From: Adineta vaga
Taxonomy: Eukaryota; Animalia; Rotifera
Assembly (NCBI GenBank): GCA_021613535.1
Contig: CP075494.1
Location: 2,170,001 to 2,234,000 of the forward strand
DNA: 64,000 nt
Direction of reading: 5' to 3'
Part shown: one piece after another, positions 12,079-25,828 of the stretch
Layout of the letters: each line of letters begins with the position of its first letter
Position numbering within the stretch: position 1 is the stretch's first letter
Program-made: the position numbers and the translations under genes
Notes under the pieces: generated by a model
Databases searched by the model: none
The model's input: the letters and a program-made list of their open reading frames with translations, nothing else
What the model was told of the DNA's origin: nothing

Positions 12079-14534
12079 TTAATAATGTGAAAACCTTTGA
12101 ACTCGGTTATTAGAGGTGTCTGCTACATATAAATTCATTTGATTGTCGATTATTGTAGCATGAGGATAGTATAATTGGTTAGGACTAGTACCGAACGAGC
12201 CTGTAACACCAGCAACCGTTGTGCCATTCAATTGACCAGCCAAGAAAAACTGTATACGATGATTACCTGCATCAGCTATAAACATGTTGCTCATCGAGTC
12301 CAACGTCACACCGAGTGGTTGATACAGCAGTGTCGATGTACTGCCACTTACCCCACTGATACTACCAGCAACCAGTGTCCAACTACTTGCACCCAATATC
12401 CAACGAACAATATTGTTAGCACCATAGTTAGCGATCACAAGACTATTCGAAGAGGCATCGAAAACTAAACCATAGGGACTATACAACTGCGTGATACCTG
12501 TTCCTGCACCATTTCCACCAGCAGCTACTGTGCCTGAAGAGGCGTTTGCGAGATATTTCATCACACGATGATTGCTTGTATCTGCTATGTAGAGAGTACC
12601 CGAGCTCGAATCACGTGCAACACCGAATGGATTATTGAACGTATTATTCGTCGTTCCAGAAGAACCTACAACAAACTCATAGAGAAGAATTTCAATTGCA
12701 GAACTTTTCTCTCATCTTTCACAAATATAGCGACCTCAATCTTGACAAGAATACACTAAGAAAAATACCGATTGTGCACGCTGACCTTTTAGAATCCTCA
12801 TAATTTCTTTCGACTTATTAGATTCGAGTTTGATCGAAGGAATACTGTTGCAAGTTGACTGAATTTACTCGCTACAAATGTTAATATCCGTTTATTTGAT
12901 CACTCTTTGACAAAGGATTTGCTTTTAAGCGCTTGAAAGATGTCCCTCATTCTTTATGTATTACACTGATCTAATCACGAATTACAGCAATCGAAATTAT
13001 TTTTTTGACATTCTGCGAAAAAAGATTGTTTCGTAAGATATGTTTCGTTTCATATGTCCTACCTGTAATACCGGCAATCGTTGTACCAGATGACGCATTC
13101 CTGGCCCAAAACATAACTCGGTAATTGCTTGTATCCGAAAGATACATATTGTCAGTCGAATCGAGTACAATACTGGTCGGATATCTGAGAGTGGTGACGC
13201 TTGAACCAGTACCTCCATTTGCCTGACCAGCTACCGTTGTGCCGCTATTAGCATTGAACAACCATTTTTGAATACGGTTGTTTATCAGATCAACAATATA
13301 GAGTGAGTTGGTTGAATCCAGTGCCAGACCAAATGGGGAAGAAAGTAGATTCGCAGCTAAACCCGGTGTGCCCCCGCTCGAACCAGCCACAGTCATGCCG
13401 CTTGTATTCCAACGAAATAAGGGGATGGTAGCTAAATAATCGCATAAAATCAATGAAGTTTAGAACTTAACTTGCTTTAAGTTACCAATTGATCTCTGTA
13501 TTTACACTCCTACATACTATTACGCACCAGGTAACTAGGAAAACTGACTCCGTCGTTCGCTTAGATCAAGACGTCGTAAAGAATGTATCCGACGGATGAA
13601 TTCTTTCAAATATGTCGAAGTGAAAAAATGGAAGTATTTTATCGCATTTACTGTTAGTCCGTCATGATTTCTTCTTTACACTAGAAGTAGATCCTCGTGA
13701 TGCATAACAATGGTAAGAAAGAATTATTCTTTAAAGTTTTAGTTTACTAAATCCATGATTTTAAGAAATGTCACTCGTCAATCATCAAGTTTGTCGTAAA
13801 ATCCTATCATTGATTTGTAACCTGGAACGAGATATTTTGAAAAGGACTTAAAATAGAGTAAGTTGTGTACAAAATGGTAGTTTTAGAAATATACGCCTCT
13901 ATTCTCGGGTCAGAATTAGTTATATCGTATCGTCGCGACCTCGTGTTTCTCTCTCTCTCTCTCGTTCTATAATTTATCATGACTAATTAAGATCTCAAAA
14001 CTTTTTGCACAAAACGGTTCGATCATTTCAAACATGACAAAATCAATAACCTTTTTCTTGCATTCAGATGGTCACTTTTTCTAATATAATATAATGATAC
14101 AGTATAAGAACGATAGAACAGTCGGACATATATCTTATCGATTTGTAATCACGCTTATTTTATCAAAGTAAGAGAAAAATAAAAATAATCCGATGTAAAA
14201 ACTTGTCATCATTCCTACCTTTGAACTTGCTTTGTTGAAAGTCGTAAACTACTACACTGATCGCGGTGACAAGGTTCGTTGTTATAACTATCTCACTGAA
14301 TAGTAGGCATTGAGGAACAACCGAACTATCAAACACGGCGGTATTGCAGCTGCTGAATTGATTTGCACATTGAACAGCACAAAGCAATTTATTTTTTATT
14401 ACCAAACGAGCGAGTATGGACCCTACTGGATTATAATTCATACGATTGTAGACATTACCGGTCATCGAAGGTAAACTACTAGTAGTATATGTTCTAATAA
14501 GATAGCAGATCCAAAAAACGTGTATAAGAGTCAT
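12079..14534 (-). CDS. Secreted PAN/Apple-like plus NHL-repeat protein
   Basis: Exons 14534-14219, 13431-13063, 12665-12079, all phase 1 and in frame; CAVQC..CNTAVF motif, then NHL repeats. Confidence 0.85.
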
Positions 14535-14640
14535 ATAGATTATCTAAAAACAGATACATACTTGTAGTTATTTGATAATAAAGATGTATCACTTTTATTA
14601 CACTTATTCAGCTAAATATCAAGAGAAAGAATAGAACGCG

Positions 14641-14703
14641 TTAGGGTATGAGTGTGGGTTGAGTGCATAAACTCATGTACACCTACACCCACAACCTCAA
14701 GAT
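14641..14703. repeat. Palindromic element
   Basis: ttagggtatgagtgtgggt..acctacacccacaacctcaagat. Confidence 0.85.
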
Positions 14704-14906
14704 GCTTAAATAATAAGAATATAGACAGTTTCCTCCATTTTATATTTTCAAATCGAAAACATTCCATCTCACGAAGATCATCTGTTCGACAATCATAAAA
14801 TATTACAATCTTTTCTTTTTTTCAAAGACAAAGAAAGACCTTTGAATGGATCCGAATATTAAATGTAAAACAATTATTTCTGCTCTTTCTATAGAACTTC
14901 TAGGAC

Positions 14907-15677
14907 GTTCATAAGTTTTGAACTCCTTTCCATTTTTTTCCATCTTTGCCGTACTCAATTGTGAAGAGGTCTTAAATATATATTTTTGAAGAGCTACATA
15001 TTACCTATCAATCAAAACAAATTGTATTCAATTTGCATGAATTCTATAAGAGAACTGCGTCAATGAAAATTCTGAAAAAAATTGTCAAAAGCACTTTTTA
15101 TTCTATGCTCATCAGAGTCTTAAAATTTAGCAGGCACTGTTGAGAAAATTATTCTCTTTCGATCTGTGCAAGACCGAGCTCGTTAACCTTTTCGTTCAGG
15201 ACTTACAGGCATTTTCTCGAGAGTGCCAGAATCGGCCACGCTGAGTCGAACGATGATATTTGTTTTTAGATTCACAGCGATTAGAGTTATTAAATCAAAA
15301 TTCCAACATTCCGCTGTTATGCTAGAATTTCGAAAATCTTGATTTAGTTGCTCCAATCACTGTCAAGAAAATATCTGTAAGTCCTGAACGAAAAGGTTAA
15401 CGAGCTCGGTCTTGCACAGATCGAAAGAGAATAATTTTCTCTACAGTGCCTACTAAATTTTAAGACCCTGATGAGCATAGAATAAAAAGTGCTTTTGACA
15501 ATTTTTTTCAAGATTTTCATTGACGCAGTTCTCTTATAGAATTCATGCAAATTGAATACAATTTGTTTTGATTGATAGGTAATATGTAGCTCTTCAAAAA
15601 TATATATTTAAGACCTCTTCACAATTGAGTACGGCAAAGATGGAAAAAAATGGAAAGGAGGTCATAACTGGTGAAAC
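14907..15677. mobile_element. Long inverted repeat / foldback element (~300-bp arms, ~135-bp spacer)
   Basis: 14923-15223 is a near-perfect reverse complement of 15358-15660. Confidence 0.85.
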
Positions 15678-16249
15678 ACTGTAAGCTCATTAACTAAAAG
15701 GCACTCGAAAAACTAATGAGAGAGATAGATGATGAGTTTGGAATTAAAGTTGTTTTGTATCAGAAAATAACTATTTCATTACATGGAAAAGTATTTAACA
15801 TATACACAATAGTTTATCATGAGAGTGAGAATGATACGGATAACTTCATCTACCACCTTTATTTAACTGATCGATCAAGGTTGTTAGTAATGAATTAATT
15901 CTGAACACGATATCCGAGAAATAAGAGTTATAGCTGGAATGCTCATGAAGAAAATATACCATAGTTAGTAATTGAGATCTTAATATCTATTATACAGTCG
16001 TATTTCTGTGACGAGACTATTCCAAACACATCTAGTAGATACCGATCAATAACAAGCAGTACCAACTACCATTATCAACAGAAGTTTACGTGAATTTTGT
16101 TTTTATAGTGGATGAGGTTTTCTTTTTTATTCGTTGTTATATATTTCAAATTAAAACAAAAGGATAAATAAACAGAAGGTCGATCTGTGGCAGTGATACA
16201 TATCGAAATTAATGTCAGCATAGTTAGAAAAATAGAGTCACGCTATAAT

Positions 16250-17625
16250 TTAATAGAAAAGATGAAATTTCAACAGTTGACTCAATCAAACAGAAGATTG
16301 AGGAAGTTCTATCTATCTTTTGAATAGGAATTTAAGTCCTGAATATCATGAGAAGCATTCGTGCTCTTTGTTTTCTTAAAAAATCATCTTGGTTTGATAT
16401 CTACAATGTGATAAATAATGATCAAATAAATTTGAAAATGGTTCCTAACATTTCCGCATTCAGTCCAAAGTCTAATAGAATTGATATCCATTTCAAATGT
16501 AAAATTTGAATGGTATAACATACATATGAGATGTATCACAATCAAATGTCACGATCGACAAACGTCTTTAAAAAGTATTTCAAATTTTTTCTAGATCTTC
16601 TTTTGATTTGATTTTCATTCGACTGAACGAATTTGTTGAAAACATATCTCTCGAATGTTGATGGAATTGACTTAAATTCAAGAAAACGAACATTTTTCAT
16701 TTGAGGAAGAACATTAATCAAAACGTCAACTGACATATTATCCTCTGATTGACCAAATATCAGACGTTCAACTTGATTTACATCAATCATAAAGAAAAGT
16801 TGGATCAGTGGAATTGAATAAACTAATCTTTGATTCCATTCAATTTCCATATACCATTTTTTGTCATTTAACCAATATGTACTCGAATAAGAACGTAGAC
16901 TATTTTGAATACGTATTACATTTAATATTAATGGTGATTTTAGTTGAAAAATTTAAAATTGAATTTTTGTAAATATGGATTATTTTCTAAGAAACATCTT
17001 TCCCATTCCTCTTCATCACATAAATCAATATCACTTCGACATTCAACTGCAAATTGAACAAGACGAGGAAAACATTTTAATGATTCTTCCATTTGAATGA
17101 TATTTATTTGAAATGCGACTCACACAAAAAATAGAAAAAACGATTAATCTATTCCATTGAACTATATCAACAACTTACCTGACATATTAACTACAATTCG
17201 AACTAAATGTGAATGTACTTGATCGATCATAATTCCATTTTCTCTTTCCAGAGAAATATTCAAAGAACGAAGTTTTGGCGAAATGACGAATAATCTGTTC
17301 TAATTGTCTGATATTACATGGATTGAATAGAACTAAATATATTAGTTGACTTCTATTACAATCAAATTGTTAAAAATCATTGAGAAGACATCTTCAATCG
17401 AATCAATCGAGAAAATACATTGATTAATGTCGTAGAAGATGTAAACCACTGTCTATGATGGTCAATGATGTCAGGAAATTAAATCTCTCTAAAGATTCTG
17501 TATTTATTTTCAATGATTGATCATTAATTGAAGTTGAAGGCATAGAACTTTTCCATATAGTAGACGATAAAGACAAGCCGAATACTTTCGCAAAGGAGCA
17601 TCGTTCTCTTGAGATTTTTATATCA
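16250..17625 (-). pseudogene. F-box/LRR-like family pseudogene
   Basis: Fragments DEEEWERCFLENNPYLQKFNF and SYSSTYWLNDKKWYMEIEW resemble the 56849 protein (RWENFIQRKL..SYRTSFWIENKHW); frames are broken. Confidence 0.55.
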
Positions 17626-17702
17626 ATGTTAAGATGTATGTTTTGTTTGATAAGAAGATCACGAAGAATCATATAATGAGATTCAGACCTATTACCCTGG
17701 CC

Positions 17703-17780
17703 ATCGAGGGTGTTTTAGGTGAATCTCTTTTTGCTAACCTTCATACTTGCCTACAACCACCACACCCACAACCTCAAGAT
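17703..17780. repeat. Palindromic element at duplication breakpoint
   Basis: atcgagggtgt..cacacccacaacctcaagat. Confidence 0.85.
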
Positions 17781-18465
17781 GCAATCCATTCAGTATCTAT
17801 TCAACAATTTATACTGTTTATATAATGATATTTACTGCTTTAATTCCACCTATTATATTGTGTATTTTTGGATATTTAACTTATCGTAATATGACACAAA
17901 GTCATGTTCGTGTTCAACCACTTGCAACTAATTCACCAGGTGGAAAAAATGTTCCTATTCAACGACGAGATCGAGATTTGTTAATTATTGTCATATCTGA
18001 AGTATTTGTCTATGTTATTACAGCAACTCCAGTTGCCTTAATGCTTTTAGAAATGATGATTAGTTCATCTATAATATCAAATAAAAGTGTTCAATACTAT
18101 CACAAATCGAAAGTTTTACATTTACTATTGCATATGTTTTGTTTTTTGCCAATGGGGCTGCACCTTGTTATACTTATTTAATTGTATCAAAATCAGTTCG
18201 TCGAGATTTGAAACAATTAATTATAAATACTTATCAAAAATTAAGAGGACAAACAACTAAATGATTGTTTCTACAACTATACAACATATCGTCAAGCATT
18301 ATACCAGAAGAAGACACTCGTATTTAATCAACTTAATAGACTTGAAACGTTTGATATTGTATGTATTGTTCTTTGTCGTTTACATGTATTTGTTGAAAAT
18401 AAAATTTATTTCAAATTATAATAATGTGCATGAGAGAATGTTTAAAACTAAGAGATATTTAGATA
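17778..18465 (+). repeat. 688-bp inverted duplicate of 5936-6623 (3' half of GPCR pseudogene plus 3' flank)
   Basis: About 4 substitutions; same frameshift as the 6 kb copy. Confidence 0.95.
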
Positions 18466-18572
18466 AAGAATACAGCGCTATATTATGTAGTTTTAATTGC
18501 AGTAGCGTTCCAGAACAAGTGTGAACGAAAGAACAGCAAAATGGAAACAAAAATCAGTTCAATAGAAATGAG

Positions 18573-18625
18573 ATCGATATTTGTGGTTGTCACATTCATC
18601 TCTCACACCCGCATCCACTCTACAT
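18573..18625. repeat. Palindromic element, degraded
   Basis: ttgtggttgt..cacacccgcatccactc. Confidence 0.5.
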
Positions 18626-19885
18626 GAACTTAACTGCGTGCTTTCTAATGTATAGAACACGGTGATAGGATTTGTTTGAAAACAGATAGCTTCACACTTC
18701 TAAATATTGATCTTTATTTTACAGTAATTTCAGACATAAACTGAAATATCGAGATACTGTGAAAGTTCAATTGTGATCTTTCCCAGATTGGATTCTAAAT
18801 TGATTAATAATAAGGTACACTGTTCACCAAAAAAGTACTGTCGATATTTATTTAGAATTAGATTTTTCGGAACTCACTTCTTTACTAACTCGGGATCAGT
18901 GTATGAGAAAATCTTGCCTAATTTTCTCATATGTCCTTCTATATTTCAGTAGAACATGTATTATTAGTGATAAATGTAATATGTATACGGAATTAATGTT
19001 TCGATGTTTTTCATCAGACTCCTATGAAATAGGTAACATCTCATTAATACAAGTGTTAAGTAAATGAACTAAGAAATTATACACTTAAACTTTATTCTGA
19101 ACATTGAATCGATAAATACACGAGTTTTATTTTTATTTTTCTGGAATTCAAGGAAAAAACGAATTCTAAAACGTTTTCTCAAAGTATAGGCCTTCGGTCA
19201 GGAAAATTGAAATAACTCTTTCTCAGTTTGAACTATAACCAAATATTATTTTTGGTTCTAAATATCACAACGAGACGAAAACTTTTCATCCAATACTTCT
19301 TTTTAAAATCCAATCCTGGGTTGAGAAAAGTTGAATTTACTGTCATTAGATCATCATTTTTCAAGACATATCTGCTAAAATATCTATAAAAAAGTAATAA
19401 CACATCATTTCAAAACTTCATCATTGACATGATCCAATCATCGTAATTTTTTGAATGCTATAAATAATCTATGAATCAATTGTAAATCTGATATAGTACA
19501 ATTGATCGAGCTGAAATTTTCTGCAGAAGCGTTTTTTAAGATCCATTGTAAGTGCGTGGGATTCGTTTCCGAAAGATGTTCATGTGTATTATTATTATTA
19601 TTATTTAAACTTATCTTTACCTGTTTCTATAAATAATCGAGGAAAAAAAAGAATCGCATCATGACAGGCATCTTTGAAGATTCAAATTATACGCTTTTTT
19701 TTTCTAATATATGGAATTACTCAGGCAGACAATCATTAAAATGACGTTCATATGCTTATTGAAAGTCTTTGAAGTTTATTCTTTTTGATTGTCATTAATT
19801 AATAATAAGTTGTTTTGATGAGAATATTATTTTGATGCTGTTCATTATAATCCATATCATTCTTTTTTTTAAATACTTATTAAAT

Positions 19886-20857
19886 ATGAGTCTCTTGTTG
19901 AGTCAAGTCTTGAAAGCAAATCTATACATTCAACCCATATTATTTACTGTCATTATGATTACAAATACTCTTGTAATTCGTGTCTTATGTTCGCGTGCTC
20001 TCCGTATTTCTCCATGCACTTATTATTTGATTATCTATACAATTTTCACTAGTATTTATATTTGCATATCATGTCCAACACAAACATTACGTGGAATATT
20101 TATCGGTTGGGAAAATACATTAATAGGATGTAATATATATTTTTTTGTTTATTTCACACCATCATATATTGCTCAAGCTATGCTTGTCTTAGCTTCATTT
20201 GATCGATATTGTTCTAGTTCAAAATCACATCGATTGAATTCAAGAAGTACGAAACGAACAGCTTATATAAGTATTATAATAACAACAATAACGGCGACAA
20301 TTTACATGTCACCAATGTCGTTCATTTATTATTTTGATGGAACAACAAATACATGTCGACAATATACAAGTTTACCAGTCAATATTTTTGTATTTAGTCA
20401 AATAATTACATATTTTATTCTTGCACCTTTATTAATGATTTTTTTAGGAATTTTAACAATTAGAAATATTCATCGACATTCTATTCTTCGAATAGCACCA
20501 CAAAATTCTGAAAGACATAATCGACGAACCGAAGGACAGTTAACACGCATGTTACTTCTTCAAGTTCTTTCTCATTTAATTCTAACAAGTCCATTCGGTG
20601 TTGTCTACTTTATGAATTCATTTATTCCATCAACTCGTACACCAGATATTATTGCTATACGTTTTATTTTCAGCATTGGAGTACAACTTAATTATTTACT
20701 TTCATTTTTTCTTTATATTTTATCAGGAAGTGTTTATCGAGAACAACTTCGTCGATTATTCAAATTTACTCGACGACAAAATCATTTAAACAATACGATT
20801 CTCAATCCACAAACAGAAGCAAATCATCAGTATCGATTTACTAAGAATAATAATTGA
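19886..20857 (+). CDS. Intronless 7TM GPCR
   Basis: ATG 19886; LRISPCTYY, ASFDRY, YILSGSVYR motifs; the stop TGA is supplied by the adjacent palindromic element. Confidence 0.9.
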   Translation: MSLLLSQVLKANLYIQPILFTVIMITNTLVIRVLCSRALRISPCTYYLIIYTIFTSIYICISCPTQTLRGIFIGWENTLIGCNIYFFVYFTPSYIAQAMLVLASFDRYCSSSKSHRLNSRSTKRTAYISIIITTITATIYMSPMSFIYYFDGTTNTCRQYTSLPVNIFVFSQIITYFILAPLLMIFLGILTIRNIHRHSILRIAPQNSERHNRRTEGQLTRMLLLQVLSHLILTSPFGVVYFMNSFIPSTRTPDIIAIRFIFSIGVQLNYLLSFFLYILSGSVYREQLRRLFKFTRRQNHLNNTILNPQTEANHQYRFTKNNN

Positions 20858-20900
20858 GTGGGTGTGGGTGAGATAGAATTGATCACACCCACACCTTGAT
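20853..20900. repeat. Palindromic element overlapping GPCR stop codon
   Basis: attgagtgggtgtgggtg..cacacccacaccttgat. Confidence 0.88.
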
Positions 20901-20966
20901 TATGTTTTTATTGAAAGAGTAATAAAGAAATTGGATATATTAGGAAATAGAAATGAATCACGGTTC

Positions 20967-22506
20967 TCAATTAGCAGTGGGTGTTCCATCGCCTTTGATT
21001 ATTAAATCAGCAGGAGCTCGTTGTTGCCATTCAGTAAATGCACCCTAATAAAAAGAAATGAAAACTTTTCAGGTTTATTGTCAAAAATAGCATTTCCTAC
21101 CATATAGACGGACGGTTCCTTTTGACCGAGTAGCTGAGCAACAAAAGCTAATGTACTAGCTGTTATTCCGCCTTGGCACGTATATATCGTAGGTTTTGAT
21201 AGATCAACACCGGCTTTGTTAAATACTTAAATAAATAATTCAGTTAAAAATAAGAAGAATATCGATAATCTACTTTCAGCTAATTGATCTTTTGGTTTTA
21301 AATATTGATTTGCCTGATCAAACAAAGATCCGTAAGGTAAATTAATAGCATTGGGCATGTGTCCGGCATCGGCACCTGAAAAATACATATAAATCAATCG
21401 GATTGGATAACAGAGTTTTTTTTCTTATAAATAATTGTGACGTACCATAGAATAGATTAGGTGGCCGTGCATCAAAAACTTTTACGCGTTCAGGATTATC
21501 TTTATCTAAAGATATATTTGATAACATTTGATCAAAATTTCGTACCATTTGTTCATTTAACTTGACAGTAAATTTATTTGTCTAATTCATATGAAAAGTT
21601 CATAAAATATTTCCTCATATTTTATTTATTTTACCTGTTCTTCTTTTTTCGAATCATCAGATATTTCTATTTCATTAATTTCTCTTTTCCATGCATTAAA
21701 TCCACCATTGAGAATCGATAATTTTCCAACACCATATGTCTAAAAGCAACTTTTGCTTTAAACTTCTAAAAGAATTGTTCAAATACTTTCAACAAAAACC
21801 AAGCACGACTGGCAGCAAAGAAACCTGTTGCTGATCGATCATAAAGAACAATATGATGCTCATTTGAAACTCCTAAACGTGTTAAATAATCTTCGAAAGA
21901 TTTGATATCCGGTAAACCACGTGGAATAAATGCCGTTGGTGTTGTATATTCAAGTTGATCGAAATATCGAGCTTTAGGAATATGACCTCTAATTAAGTAT
22001 ATAAACATTAATTTTAAAATAATAATTAGAGAATATTTACGCTTTAAAATCAGCCTCGACTTGCTTACTAAGATCTGCTTCAAGTACTGCAATCGTTTGT
22101 GACGATGATTGAAGCAATTTTTTTAATTCTTGACACGAAACTAATGATGGGATCGTCTCTGAGGATGTCATCTAGAAAAAAATTTCAATCTAGCTCTAAA
22201 TCCAAGAAGGTACATATTCTCCGTGCATGAACAAACACATCCATTTCGTTTTAAGGCTCTTTCTTGTTGATTTTTATCAAAGAAAGCTGGTAATAACATA
22301 TTATATGCTAAAAATCGAAAACTAAACAAGGCTACGTGATGTAACTGATTCCAGAAACTTCAGGACGCTTAACCTCAGTTAACCGACGATTCTAGAGCGT
22401 TTTGTATAACATGGACACACAAATAGCCATGATAATTTAACATACAATAGAAAAAATGCTCACTTATACACGAACATTAGTAAAAGAAAAGGATATGACT
22501 TACCAT
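20967..22506 (-). CDS. Tandem-rhodanese sulfurtransferase (TST/MPST family)
   Basis: Eight GT-AG exons (the first codes only ATG); GHIPKA, SRAWF, LNGGF, DARP, GHMPNA, catalytic CQGGITA, YMGAFTEW motifs. Confidence 0.9.
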
Positions 22507-22912
22507 TATACTATATATCAACAGAAGTCAATTTTATTTCGAAATGCGAACTGAAAAAACGATTTAGGAATAAACAGAATATATGAATCCTTACTTGTCA
22601 TACGAATATCGATCTTGGATTATACAAGACGAATTCAACAGCTATTTATAATTTAGAATAGTTTTATTATTCTACTGCTCTTCAAAATTTTGAATATGCT
22701 CGCTGTTGCTTTTTTTTAAAGAAAATAACGGTTTTTGCGCAGAAAAACACACGTGTTTCATAAATGGTCTATTTTGCGTCATTTTTTTCTTTTTACAAGC
22801 AACATAGATTGTTTTGTTCTATGATAAATATTACATGAGAAAAAAAACGAGAATAAAAATACAATGTACCCGAATGAGAAGAACAGCCGCAAAGTACGGG
22901 AGAGCATTGCCG

Positions 22913-22969
22913 TTGAGAGTGTGGATGTGGGTTTGGGTATATCTTCTTCACCCACACCCACCCGCATCC
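22913..22969. repeat. Palindromic element
   Basis: ttgagagtgtggatgtgggtttgggtatatcttcttcacccacacccacccgcatcc. Confidence 0.88.
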
Positions 22970-23173
22970 TTTTTTATCGGAAACATGTATCTCGGACGCG
23001 CGACATCTAATACAGACGAATTTGATGATTATGTACGTTTATGTATTCGAATATCTTATGATATGAAAAAGTTAACGAAAATCTAAGAAAGTGTTCGCCA
23101 ATGAACAAGCAAAAGATAACATATGAAAAATTTTATGCAGAACGTATGATCTAATGATTTTCTTTTATTTTTA

Positions 23174-23222
23174 ATTGAGGGTGTGACAGGAGAAGAGATA
23201 CATCCACACTTTTTTCTTAGAT
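23174..23222. repeat. Palindromic element
   Basis: attgagggtgtgac..gagatacatccacac. Confidence 0.7.
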
Positions 23223-23346
23223 TTACCACTTCTGCAATATCCATCGAAACAATTTATTTTTGATAATTGCATTTCATTTCGTTTCAAGTGTATTTACAAC
23301 GACTAGATATGAAGATATCTTTTTTCTCATAGTTTGAATATGAGTG

Positions 23347-23951
23347 CATGTCATATCTCAGTGATAATATCACTGGGATTTATCTACCTATATATCTATC
23401 ACGTGGATAGGTAAGTAGACTGATACATAGGTATATGCGCAGATAAATGAAGAGTGCCGTACATGGTTAGGTAGATAGAAAGATAACTGGACAGCTCAAT
23501 ATATGGATAAGTAGATGGATAGTTGTGGATATGGTTATATAGATAGATAGATAGGTGGATAGTTTATTATATGGATAGATAGATGGATAGTGCATTTTAG
23601 GATTAGGTAGATAGATAGATACATAGCACAATATATGGATAGATAACTCACCCATCTACCTATCTATCTATCTATCTATCTACGTAACTAATCATATCCA
23701 CAACTATCCATCTATCTATCCATATACTCACCCACCTATCTATCTAACTAATCATATCCACAACTATCCATATACTGAACTATCCACCTATCTATCTATC
23801 TATCTGACTAACCAAATCCATAACTAATCGTCTATCTATCCCTCTGCCTACCCATGTACCCATCTATCTATGTATCGTTCTACACAGCTATCTCCCTGAT
23901 AGGTATATAGCTAGATAAATCCTAGTGATAATATCACTGAGATATGACATG
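23347..23951. mobile_element. MITE with ~65-bp TIRs and inverted internal GATA/TATC arrays
   Basis: catgtcatatctcagtgataatatcact... at the left end and its complement at the right end. Confidence 0.85.
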
Positions 23952-24335
23952 TATTGTTGAATATATTTCTCAAACTTTTAGAATTTGAAAATCTTGCAGA
24001 ATAAATTGATTTTTCTATTGATTGTGTCATATTATAATATTTTTACGAAAGTTACTTTGTTTTCAAAGAGAAAAACTTCATTTTTCCAGAGATTCTAAAA
24101 CATCAGCTATCAAATTAGTTTTTTTCTCTTTTATAACAACTTTAATTAAAAGAAGTGTGAAAATACAGAAAAGAAAATTAATTTTTTTCTTTTTATCTGC
24201 TTTTGTAATATTCGCAAGATGACTGGGTGCAATACTAATTTGATTTTTGATGATTATGTTCGTATCAAGCATAAAATATTCAAAGAATAGAATGAGAAAA
24301 GGAAACTCCCTTGAACATTTTTAAAAATATCAAAA

Positions 24336-25828
24336 ATGCTTCGAACATGCATTTTTTCCTCGATCTTTTCTGTCATTAGTTGTATTTTACTTAGTAAAAT
24401 AGACAATTTTATAATGATTGGAAATATTTATGGAATTCTATTGAATAAAACTAGAGATGCATGTATTTGTGAAATGATTAATTCAAATAATTCTATATCA
24501 GCATTGAATTATTATTTAAATAATCAAACGTGTCAATTATTTTCTTTACATATAACTTCAATTTATATTCAATATAATCTCAATGCTTCTCTTTTATTCA
24601 TCAATCAATCAAACCTAACTATTGAATTAGGTAAGTTAATTTTATAAAAACATATCGAAAATGTTTTCGTTCATATTTAAATAAAGTCAAATTGACTATG
24701 GTTCATTCTGCAAATAAAATTAGAAGATACTATACAAAGTATCAGTCATTATTTCATACATGTGTTATTGTCTTTTAGTACCAACAATCGTACGACCAAA
24801 GTTGTGTCCAACAGCTGTTTGGAATCCAAATGCTACAACAATTGCTGGATCCGCCAGCGGTAATAGTGGGTCAACTTCTTCGCAACTGAATAACCCATTT
24901 GATATTATTGTCGATTCAGCATTGAACGTATATGTATCAGATTTTTTAAATTATCGTGTTATGAAATGGTCCAATGGTAGTACAAATGGCACAATTTTTG
25001 GCCCACAACTTGGATTTGGCACAAATCTAGATACACAACATTTGAATACTGTGACAGCATTATATTTAGATCCGACTGAGTCAAATTTGTACATATCAGA
25101 CACGTTCAACTGTCGTATTCTGAGATGTAATATCATATCGAATAATGTTACAATTGTTGTTGGGGGCTCAGGATGTGGTTCTTCATTAAACACTTTTTAT
25201 TGGTGTGATGGAATACATGTTGATAGTCAGTTTTCATAATTTAAATTATTCAATTTCATTTATTTTCTTTTTGTTACCAATAGGATTTGGTTATATTTAT
25301 GTTTCAGACTATGGTAATCATCGAGTGCTTAAATTTCCTCCGAACTCAAATTCTTCTACAAACGGTACCATAGTTGCTGGAACTGGTGTTATAGGTAATG
25401 CCTTGAATCAATTAAATACACCTGGTGGTATTTATGTTGATGAATCTGATAACGATGCATTATACGTTGTCGATCGCATGAATCATCGCGTTGTGAAATG
25501 GCTTTTGAACGGCACAAATATTACAGTCGTCGCGGGTGGTAATACTGCTGGTACATCATATACCCAATTAAACAATCCAAGGTATGCTTATGTTGACTCG
25601 TTTGGTACAGTCTATGTTAGTGATACTGATAATCACAGAATAATGAAATGGCCAAAAAATGCAAGGAATGGAACATTAGTGGTAGGTATCACTGGTGTCA
25701 TTGGTGTCACACCGTCGCGATTACACAATCCCTATGGAGTTCGACTGGACAAAGATGGAAACTTGTACGTTGTTGATCAAGCGAATGGTCGCGTTCAACG
25801 ATTTATGATTGACAATACGTCTTGTTAG
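24336..25828 (+). CDS. Secreted Apple-like plus NHL-repeat protein
   Basis: Exons 24336-24630, 24779-25225, 25284-25828 splice in frame; signal peptide; NHL repeats. Confidence 0.85.

Noticed and set aside
22779-23086. Short ORFs containing VWVWV / HPHP / TPTP (also 5880, 10151, 34639, 43485, 56367, 61440)
   Set aside because: They are translations of the palindromic element, not genes
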